From contig JAIXNB010000016.1 of NCBI GenBank assembly GCA_020697515.1, positions 1 to 7,374 on the forward strand: DNA of 7,374 nt, written 5' to 3'. The notes below the pieces were generated by a model, which searched no databases, was not told the DNA's origin, and saw only the letters and a list, made by a program, of their open reading frames with translations. The position numbers and the translations under genes were made by a program. Positions 1 to 5,589 of the stretch are shown here, in pieces. Positions within the stretch are counted from its first letter, which is position 1, and every line of letters begins with the position of its first letter. Source of the stretch: Nanobdellota archaeon (GTDB lineage Archaea; Nanobdellota; Nanobdellia; Nanobdellales; Nanobdellaceae).

Positions 1-1054
1 AGGAAAGTTCAATGTATTAATAGCAACATCTATAGGAGAAGAAGGAATAGACATTCCAAAGGTAGACATAGTTATATTTTATGAACCAGTCCCATCTGAA
101 ATAAGATCTATACAAAGGAGAGGTCGTACAGGGAGAACAGATGTAGGAACTGTAATTATGTTAGTAACAAAAGGAACTAGGGATGAGGTGTTTTATTGGG
201 TGGCGGTTAACAAAGAAAGAAGGATGTTGAAGTTTATAAAAGAGTTAAAAAAGCATATAAGACCTACAATTGTTGAAAGAAATGAGGTTATGTACAAAAG
301 ACAAATGCAGAATGGGGATAAGGCAGAGAGAGGTATAATGAGGTATTTGAAAGAGAATCAAGTGCAAGATATACAAAATAATCAAGATAGAAACGAGAAA
401 AGACAATTTTCTTCATCCTATAAAAAAACAATTCCTGTAGTGGTAGCAGATTATAGAGAAAAAGATTCTGGATTGGTACAAACTTTAGCTGAAATGGGTG
501 TGATAGTTAAATTAAGTAATCTAAATGTAGGGGACTATATTGTAGGAGATATTATTATAGAGAGAAAAACGGTTTTGGATTTTATTAAATCAATAATGGA
601 TAAAAGGCTTTTTAATCAGTTGGAAAAGCTCAAAGATAAAAATGCGTTACTAATATTAGAAGGAGAAGAAGATTTAATGGCTGAAGCTGGCTTAAATCCT
701 AATTATATTAGATCTATAATCTTAGCAGTTACTCTTCAATATGGGATCCCCATAATCAGAACGCAAAATTTTATAGATACTGCAAATTACTTATATATAC
801 TAGCTAAAAATTTAGGGAAACCACAATTAATAAGAGTAGATCGAAAAATGACGGATCTAAACAAAATTAAGGTCGAAGTTCTCAAGCAAATTCCAGGTAT
901 AGGAGAAACTTTGGCTAAAAGATTGCTTAGAAAATTTAAAAATATCAAAAATATCGTTTTAGCTTCTAAGTTAGAGTTATCCAATATTATTGGAGAGTCT
1001 AATGCTGAGAAAATTAAAAAAGTTTTTGAAGAGGATTATATAGAAACTGTTTGA
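1..1054 (+). CDS. hef: Hef-type helicase/XPF-family structure-specific nuclease, C-terminal part (gene starts upstream of the window; codon phase begins at nt 2)
   Basis: The frame is open from nt 2, upstream of the track's Met at 158. It reads GKFNVLIATSIGEEGIDIPKVDIVIFYEPVPSEIRSIQRRGRTGR, matching SF2 helicase motifs V and VI. A low-complexity linker follows, then the XPF/Mus81 nuclease signatures VADYRE and GDY...IERKTVLDF (ERKxxxD). The C-terminus has a tandem HhH (QIPGIGETLAKRLL...LSNIIGESNAEKI). Stop TGA at 1052-1054. Confidence 0.85.
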   Translation, partial: GKFNVLIATSIGEEGIDIPKVDIVIFYEPVPSEIRSIQRRGRTGRTDVGTVIMLVTKGTRDEVFYWVAVNKERRMLKFIKELKKHIRPTIVERNEVMYKRQMQNGDKAERGIMRYLKENQVQDIQNNQDRNEKRQFSSSYKKTIPVVVADYREKDSGLVQTLAEMGVIVKLSNLNVGDYIVGDIIIERKTVLDFIKSIMDKRLFNQLEKLKDKNALLILEGEEDLMAEAGLNPNYIRSIILAVTLQYGIPIIRTQNFIDTANYLYILAKNLGKPQLIRVDRKMTDLNKIKVEVLKQIPGIGETLAKRLLRKFKNIKNIVLASKLELSNIIGESNAEKIKKVFEEDYIETV

Positions 1055-1065
1055 TTTTAATTTTT
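1055..1065 (+). terminator. oligo-T tract directly after the hef stop (ttttaattttt), a possible archaeal terminator
   Basis: T4 and T5 runs begin on the first base after the stop codon. Archaeal RNAP terminates at oligo-T, but such runs are common in AT-rich DNA. Confidence 0.3.
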
Positions 1066-1143
1066 ACAACCGAAAACCCCGCTCTTTAATGTGAGGAAAA
1101 GGTAGATTTGCAACCTAAAACTTAAAATTCCTCAACATATAAC

Positions 1144-1151
1144 TTTATATA
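1144..1151 (+). promoter_or_regulatory. TATA-box-like element (tttatata) for the 1175-3756 gene string
   Basis: Its centre lies about 27 nt upstream of the ATG at 1175 and no Shine-Dalgarno is in between. This fits a leaderless or near-leaderless archaeal transcript. Confidence 0.4.
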
Positions 1152-1174
1152 GTGGTTCTCTATAGTTCAATATT

Positions 1175-1306
1175 ATGGATGAGAAATTGAAAGAGAAGCT
1201 CATAAAATTGATAGCCCTACGGTATCAGGCAGTAAACAAAATGTTAGGGGATAATGTGAAAGAGTTAAGGGCTTTAAAGAAGGAGCTTAGAAATCTTTCT
1301 AAATGA
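1175..1306 (+). CDS. 43-codon ORF below the track threshold; predicted helix-loop-helix, possibly a minimal divergent ribosomal protein uL29
   Basis: Translation: MDEKLKEKLIKLIALRYQAVNKMLGDNVKELRALKKELRNLSK. An in-frame stop at 1163-1165 fixes ATG 1175 as the first start. Its TGA (1304-1306) overlaps the SUI1 ATG (1303) in an ATGA junction, typical of translational coupling. It occupies the slot upstream of SUI1-rnp1 that rpl29 holds in many archaea. The ALRYQA...L..N....LR..K motif resembles the uL29 core (F.LR.Q.A.GQL.N....R). Confidence 0.35.
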   Translation: MDEKLKEKLIKLIALRYQAVNKMLGDNVKELRALKKELRNLSK

Positions 1307-1611
1307 GGAAAAGGTTATTTTCAGGTCTTCCAGAGGACTTAGAGACTGGTCTTGAGGAGATATCAAGAGAGACTCAAAAAATAATTGTCAGAACAGATAA
1401 AAGAAGTTATGGAAAACTTGTAACTCTTATAGAGGGTGTTGAACCCAGTATTGCTAAAGACACCTTAAAAAAATTGAAGTCTATTTTAGGATGTGGAGGA
1501 ACTTATAAAGATGGTAGAATCGAGTTACAGGGAGATCATGTTATTAAAATAAAGAAAATTTTGGTGGATCTAGGTTTTAAAGAAGAGAATATTGAGATTT
1601 CAAAGGATTAA
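1303..1611 (+). CDS. sui1: translation initiation factor aIF1 (SUI1 family)
   Basis: 102 aa. KLVTLIEGV...LKKLKSILGCGGTYKDGRIELQGDHVIKIKKILVDLGF matches the SUI1 signature (GK.VT.I.G...LK...CGG....IELQGDH......L...GF). Confidence 0.85.
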   Translation: MRKRLFSGLPEDLETGLEEISRETQKIIVRTDKRSYGKLVTLIEGVEPSIAKDTLKKLKSILGCGGTYKDGRIELQGDHVIKIKKILVDLGFKEENIEISKD

Positions 1612-1876
1612 AAACTTTTTGAAATATGAGTTTATCGGACTTTTTGTGGAAGTAGTCAGATCTCGAAATAAGAATATGGTGGGTATTTATGGAGAGATAA
1701 TAGATGAGACGAAGAACACATTAGTTATTAGAACACCAACGGGGATAAAGGTTATACCAAAGAACTATAATACATTTCTTTTTTATCATGATGAGTATCA
1801 AATCTTGATTGATGGTAAGTATCTTGTTGGGAGGCCTTGGGAAAGACTAAAAAGAAAAATTGTTAAAAAGGTATAA
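1592..1876 (+). CDS. rnp1: RNase P protein component 1 (Rpp29/Pop4 homologue)
   Basis: EFIGLFVEVVRSRNKNMVGIYGEIIDETKNTLVIRTPTGIKVIPK matches the archaeal Rpp29 Sm-like barrel core (G..V.V..S.N....GI.G.V.DETKNTL.I.......IPK). The track start at 1592 is TTG and overlaps sui1 by 20 nt. An alternative TTG lies at 1619. There is no in-frame ATG upstream of the conserved core, so the exact start is uncertain. Confidence 0.8.
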   Translation: MRFQRIKNFLKYEFIGLFVEVVRSRNKNMVGIYGEIIDETKNTLVIRTPTGIKVIPKNYNTFLFYHDEYQILIDGKYLVGRPWERLKRKIVKKV

Positions 1877-2032
1877 ATGAAAATCGAAGTATTTATGAGT
1901 AAACTTCTGAGTTTCTTCATTACAAAAATAAAACACTTAAGAAATAAACTTAGTAGAGATGTTGGAAGCTATAAAAAGTTTTTGGAATATACAAAAATAG
2001 GAGAATTAGAATCATATGCTCAAGTATGTTGA
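1877..2032 (+). CDS. 51-codon hypothetical ORF (below the track threshold)
   Basis: Its ATG starts on the base after the rnp1 stop (1874-1876). Translation: MKIEVFMSKLLSFFITKIKHLRNKLSRDVGSYKKFLEYTKIGELESYAQVC, TGA at 2030-2032. It is same-strand and fills most of an otherwise empty 179-nt gap in a very tight gene string. I recognise no family, and it is not S17-like. Confidence 0.25.
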   Translation: MKIEVFMSKLLSFFITKIKHLRNKLSRDVGSYKKFLEYTKIGELESYAQVC

Positions 2033-2055
2033 TTACATAAATTATCCTATTATCT

Positions 2056-2841
2056 ATGAGAAAACTTGTATTGATTCCTTCTACTTTCACTGGAGAAAAG
2101 AAAGATAAAAAACTAAGAATTTTTTTAATATCTCTTGTAGCTAGGGCTTTGGTTAATTTTGGAGTGCATGAGATCGGAGTTTATTATGACCCGGACCCAA
2201 AGTTTGATTCCCATGGTCTCGGAAGATTTCTAGTTAAGGTCTTAAAATATTTAAACACTCCTCCATATCTTAGAAAACTTGCTTTTCCAAAAGAAAGAGA
2301 GCTAGAAGAGATAGGAGCAGCTCTTCCAATAACTGCAAAATACCATATAAATACGGAGAGATATGTTTATGTATATGTCCTTAAGCAGGGTAGAGAAAAA
2401 TTCATAGTATCTGATGGGATGAGTATATTTACGGTAAAAACTAGAAAGAAAATTAAAAATACTAGAATATTAGTTTATGATAAAGTTAGAAGGGATTTTG
2501 TTGAAAAATGGGAAGCAGAAGAATATGTTGGTTACGAAGTTTTCTACTTTAATAAGACGCTAGATAAACTATTAGAAAAGCTTAGGAATAGGAATTTCTA
2601 TGTAATAGGTACATCGCGTTGTGGAGAGGATATTAGAAAAGCTAAAATTTTAAATGAGAATAATGTTGCAGTAGTTTTTGGATCCTTCGCTCGAGGATTA
2701 AAAGAAATATTAGGAGAAGGATGGAGAGAATATTTCGATGTAGTTGTAAATACTGTTCCAAACCAGCTGTTAAAAACTATACGCACAGAAGAGGCTATAT
2801 TGTACACGTTGGCAACCTTAAGATACAGGAATATTGTGTAA
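2056..2841 (+). CDS. SPOUT-superfamily putative RNA methyltransferase (DUF171 / Methyltrn_RNA_3, SPOUT1/C9orf114-like)
   Basis: 261 aa. The N-terminus LVLIPST....LISLVARALVNFGVHEIGVYYD resembles the family's ARAAAIF.V.EI.VY motif. The C-terminal trefoil-knot region reads YVIGTSRCGEDI...VAVVFGSFARGL...VVNTVPNQLLKTIRTEEAILYTLATL (family: P.QG.RT.RTEEA.LI.LA.L). Confidence 0.7.
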   Translation: MRKLVLIPSTFTGEKKDKKLRIFLISLVARALVNFGVHEIGVYYDPDPKFDSHGLGRFLVKVLKYLNTPPYLRKLAFPKERELEEIGAALPITAKYHINTERYVYVYVLKQGREKFIVSDGMSIFTVKTRKKIKNTRILVYDKVRRDFVEKWEAEEYVGYEVFYFNKTLDKLLEKLRNRNFYVIGTSRCGEDIRKAKILNENNVAVVFGSFARGLKEILGEGWREYFDVVVNTVPNQLLKTIRTEEAILYTLATLRYRNIV

Positions 2842-2850
2842 GTATTAACA

Positions 2851-3756
2851 ATGAATCTATTTGGATTACTATCAGATATATTGATTGGTATATTAGTTTT
2901 AGATGCGATTAGAAATTATTTAAAAAATAATAAGAATATTACAAAAAAATATATTACATACTTCGTATTTTTGCTGGGATTTGTGTATACCTTAAAATTT
3001 ATCTTTAGTGTTACTAGGCATGTTTCTTATTTTGATCCATTTTCGTTTCCAAGTGGACATACTACCGTATCAATTATTCTTTTTGCAGTTTATAGGAATC
3101 CAATATTTTTATTATACTCTGTTGTAGTTGGGCTGCTTAGAATACTTGGTGGATACCATTCTTTTATGGATGTTTTCTTCGGGCTTTTCTTTGGATTAGT
3201 GGGTATAGCTATAGTAGATGTTTTAGAGAAAAAAATAGGAAAAGAGGCCCACAGAAAACTATTTCATATTGGGATTGCATCCTATACAGGATTTTTGTTA
3301 TATATCAACCAATACTTTACTACAATTTTGTTAGTAATATCCCTTACAATCGGCCTGTTTTTATACTCAATCCGAACTAAATGTGTAGTAATAAAAGATT
3401 TGTTGGAATGGTATGATAGAGATTTTACTGGACAAGGAGCTTTTACTCTCATCCTTGGAATACTCTTAGTAAGCCTACTATGGGATAAAGCATATATCTC
3501 GGCTTTTTTTCTAGCATGGGTTGATGGCTTATCTACTATTTTCGGAAAATTATTTGGAACTAGAGAAAAGAGTATCTATGGCTTAGTAGGAGGTATTATA
3601 GGAGGTATTATTGCCAGCCTAGCGACTAAAGTTAACTTCTTTATAGGATTTGTAACTGCATTTATAGAATATTTAATCCCGAAAGAGATAGATGATAATG
3701 TAATAATACCGCTAGTGGTATATTTGACATATATTATGATGTATTCGCTTTTATAA
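2851..3756 (+). CDS. polytopic membrane fusion protein: N-terminal PAP2-type (polyprenyl-di)phosphate phosphatase domain plus C-terminal dolichol/polyprenol kinase domain (CTP-transferase-1 / SEC59 family)
   Basis: The three PAP2 motifs are intact: K49-x6-R56(H), P67-S-G-H70, R97-x5-H103-x3-D107. From about residue 130 come the dolichol-kinase-like motifs RKLFH, WVDGLSTIFGKLFG (family: GD..A...G...G), a glycine-rich helix LVGGIIGGIIAS, and a terminal DDNVIIPL (family: DN...P). The protein is hydrophobic throughout. Confidence 0.65.
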   Translation: MNLFGLLSDILIGILVLDAIRNYLKNNKNITKKYITYFVFLLGFVYTLKFIFSVTRHVSYFDPFSFPSGHTTVSIILFAVYRNPIFLLYSVVVGLLRILGGYHSFMDVFFGLFFGLVGIAIVDVLEKKIGKEAHRKLFHIGIASYTGFLLYINQYFTTILLVISLTIGLFLYSIRTKCVVIKDLLEWYDRDFTGQGAFTLILGILLVSLLWDKAYISAFFLAWVDGLSTIFGKLFGTREKSIYGLVGGIIGGIIASLATKVNFFIGFVTAFIEYLIPKEIDDNVIIPLVVYLTYIMMYSLL

Positions 3757-3818
3757 TAAACTCTACTATATATTCTTGGCACAAATTATTATAACCTAAA
3801 AAATGTTAATTCAAAACA

Positions 3819-3827
3819 TTTTAATTA
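3819..3827 (+). promoter_or_regulatory. TATA-box-like element (ttttaatta) for the 3850 gene
   Basis: Its centre lies about 27 nt upstream of ATG 3850. It overlaps the right arm of the perfect 8-bp palindrome 3800-3807/3815-3822. Confidence 0.35.
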
Positions 3828-3849
3828 ACGTTTTTATAATAATCTTATA

Positions 3850-5235
3850 ATGGATAAACAAAAATTATTAGCAACATTACTCTTGTTGGGTGTAGCGAGT
3901 GTATACTCTGTAGATGCGCCATACACTACGGTACCGGTGCCAATAGATAATGTAATTCATCTAGATAACTCTTCGGATTATGCAGTTTATAAGGTGATTT
4001 TAGTCAACCCTACTAATGAGACATATTATTATTATTTTCAAGAAGTTTCTATAAGTTGGACATTCATATACAACAGAGGAGTGCACTTAATTAGTCCTGG
4101 AAAATCAATTACGGAGTACATTAAAATAAGACCTGCTAAAGAAACATCAGAGATTCCTATACTGTTAGTAATATTTGAAAAGGATGATAAAAAGGTCAGC
4201 TATCCACTGTACTTCTCCCCGCTGATCATTAGTAATCAAAAACAAATTTTTGAGAATTTAACAGGAGACGAATTGGGATATGATGTACGAATAGATAAAA
4301 CGAATTTGAAACCAGGAGATCACATAAACTTGTATATTTCTGTAAGAAATCCTTCAAAAGATAAGAGGAACATAACTATAAATATATCCTCAGATATTTT
4401 AGTTGAGAATATAAATAACTCTATAGAACTAAAGGAAGGACAAACGTTAATTACAGCTCCAATAAAAATATCTAAGACTATTCAGCCAGGAAATTATTCA
4501 ATAACTATCAATATAGGTAATCTTTCTAGAACAGTAAATGTAACAGTAGGCCGTCCTATAAACGTAAGTATATCTGAAAGAAATGATATAATATATATAA
4601 CTAACCTTAATGATTATGAGAATGAATACACATTAAAGAAAGAGATAACTTTCACAGAAAAGTTGTTATATAAATATGATCCAAAACCCGATTATGAAAT
4701 TACAGAAAACGGAAAACATTATTATGTATGGAAACTTGTTTTAAAGCCTGGAGAAACATATACAGTAAGAAAGTCTATAAATTGGTTTAATATACTAATA
4801 TTCATATTATTAATAGTATTGCCAACAATATATCTGTTTTTATCATATCTATCTCCCAAACTTTCTATCAGAAAAGATATACTAAAAATAGATTCTAAAA
4901 ATAGAGAAATAAAAATAATGATAACACTAAAGAACAGTAGTATTTATAAGATAAGAAATATCAAGGTGATAGAGACTCTACTACAGATATTTGAGCCAAC
5001 TGATAAATACGAATTTGTAAAGCCTATTGGATCTTATACAAAAGGTGGAAAGATATACATAAAGTGGTTAATAGATGAACTATTACCCGGTGAAGAAAGA
5101 TTAATTGTATACACAATAAAGTATAGAAGCGAAGTTGTTGGAGAGTTGGAATTAGATCCAGCGATAGCAGAGTTTACAGTATTTAACAATAAATATATAG
5201 TAAAATCTAACAAACTAATATTACGTTTTGTATAG
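3850..5235 (+). CDS. hypothetical secreted/membrane-anchored protein with beta-sandwich (CARDB/DUF11-like) repeats; probable N-glycoprotein
   Basis: 461 aa. The N-terminal signal-like segment is MDKQKLLATLLLLGVASVYSVDA. L.PG-type beta-sandwich motifs recur (LKPGDHINLYISVRN, IQPGNYSITINIGN, LKPGETYTVRKSI, LLPGEERLIVYTIKY). There is one strong TM helix, WFNILIFILLIVLPTIYLFLSYL (about residues 311-335, nt about 4780-4855). I count 10 N-x-S/T sequons (x not P) before the TM. No family assigned. Confidence 0.7.
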   Translation: MDKQKLLATLLLLGVASVYSVDAPYTTVPVPIDNVIHLDNSSDYAVYKVILVNPTNETYYYYFQEVSISWTFIYNRGVHLISPGKSITEYIKIRPAKETSEIPILLVIFEKDDKKVSYPLYFSPLIISNQKQIFENLTGDELGYDVRIDKTNLKPGDHINLYISVRNPSKDKRNITINISSDILVENINNSIELKEGQTLITAPIKISKTIQPGNYSITINIGNLSRTVNVTVGRPINVSISERNDIIYITNLNDYENEYTLKKEITFTEKLLYKYDPKPDYEITENGKHYYVWKLVLKPGETYTVRKSINWFNILIFILLIVLPTIYLFLSYLSPKLSIRKDILKIDSKNREIKIMITLKNSSIYKIRNIKVIETLLQIFEPTDKYEFVKPIGSYTKGGKIYIKWLIDELLPGEERLIVYTIKYRSEVVGELELDPAIAEFTVFNNKYIVKSNKLILRFV

Positions 5236-5243
5236 CCAGCTAA

Positions 5244-5262
5244 TTTTTATTACATACTTTTT
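5244..5262 (+). terminator. two T5 runs (5244-5248, 5258-5262) downstream of the 3850-5235 gene
   Basis: Oligo-T tracts lie 9-27 nt after the stop codon. This is the archaeal intrinsic termination signal, but specificity is low in AT-rich DNA. Confidence 0.3.
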
Positions 5263-5383
5263 ACTTTCTATTATTTGGATTTCTAAAAGCATTCTGATTA
5301 TATTTTGTTAAATTTTTATTTTGAGTTGTTGCTATTAGAGTTAATGTTATTTTCCAATTACCCATCTTGACTAAAAATAAAGA

Positions 5384-5391
5384 TTTTAAAA
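5384..5391 (+). promoter_or_regulatory. TATA-box-like element (ttttaaaa) upstream of tRNA-Tyr
   Basis: Its centre lies about 29-30 nt upstream of tRNA position 1 (5417), implying a very short 5' leader. A second AT box at 5401-5408 is too close to serve as the promoter. Confidence 0.35.
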
Positions 5392-5416
5392 TTATTAGTT
5401 TTTTATAATAAAAATA

Positions 5417-5519
5417 CCGGGCGTAGCTCAGCGGTAGAGCGGCCGGCTGTAGTTAGGTAGTTCGGATCTCCGGTCTAGCGGAGACCGGCAGGTCGGGGGT
5501 TCGAATCCCCCCGCCCGGA
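5417..5519 (+). tRNA. tRNA-Tyr: tRNA-Tyr (anticodon GTA at 5449-5451) with a 31-nt intron at the canonical 37/38 position; CCA not encoded
   Basis: Hand-folded cloverleaf. Acceptor CCGGGCG (5417-5423) pairs with CGCCCGG (5512-5518); discriminator A5519. D arm GCTC/AGCGGTA/GAGC (5426-5440). Anticodon stem GCCGG (5442-5446) pairs with CCGGC (5485-5489). Variable loop AGGTC. T arm GGGGG/TTCGAAT/CCCCC (5495-5511). C1:G72 is the archaeal/eukaryal tRNA-Tyr identity pair. The mature length is 72 nt. Confidence 0.93.
5453..5483 (+). other. tRNA intron (31 nt) bounded by a bulge-helix-bulge splice motif
   Basis: The central 4-bp helix pairs 5447-5450 (CTGT) with 5478-5481 (GCGG): C-G, U.G, G-C, U.G. 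The two 3-nt bulges are AG|T (5451-5453) and AG|A (5482-5484), each cut after its second nucleotide. The inner helix pairs TAGG(T) 5454-5458 with (G)TCTA 5473-5477. The outer helix is the anticodon stem. Confidence 0.85.
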
Positions 5520-5560
5520 CATAAAATCTAGGTACTTTGCTCTAAAGAGGTAGAAGAATC

Positions 5561-5579
5561 TTCAAATGAAGAACTCTAT
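5561..5579 (+). repeat. direct repeat copy 1 (ttcaaatgaagaactctat)
   Basis: It matches 5861-5878 (ttcaatgcagaactctat) with one indel and one mismatch. Each copy lies upstream of one arm of the inverted duplication. Confidence 0.6.
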
Positions 5580-5589
5580 TTATCTTTTC

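Noticed and set aside
787-984. 65-aa ORF on the - strand inside hef
   Set aside because: It lies entirely antisense to a CDS with strong family motifs and is a low-complexity shadow frame. The same applies to 2598-2807 (-), 3576-3782 (-) and 6830-7093 (+).
1092-1103. 12-nt exact repeat tgaggaaaaggt, also found at 1304-1315 at the SUI1 start. The upstream copy reads GTG-AGG-AAA-AGG-TAG, a possible mini-ORF or duplicated start region.
   Set aside because: By rough estimate, about one exact 12-mer repeat is expected by chance in 7.4 kb, and more in purine/AT-biased sequence. The upstream copy also precedes the putative TATA box.
1067-1121. Motif caacc[g/t]aaaac occurs twice (1067-1077, 1111-1121), with a similar aaccgaaaac at 6042-6051
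   Set aside because: It is short and A-rich, occurs only three times, and has no consistent position relative to genes. This is not enough to call a regulatory motif.
2721-2912. 63-aa + strand ORF bridging the SPOUT 3' end and the PAP2/DolK 5' end
   Set aside because: It is out of frame and overlaps two well-supported genes, including the conserved RTEEA motif region. It has no motifs of its own and no independent start context.
5442-5489. Alternative readings of the tRNA anticodon region, either a non-canonical intron position or an anticodon arm formed by TCTCC(G)/(C)GGAGA at 5467-5484
   Set aside because: Those helices leave 6- or 8-nt loops and break the cloverleaf. The canonical 37/38 intron gives a 7-nt loop with U33 and G37, a full BHB, and an isotype consistent with C1:G72.
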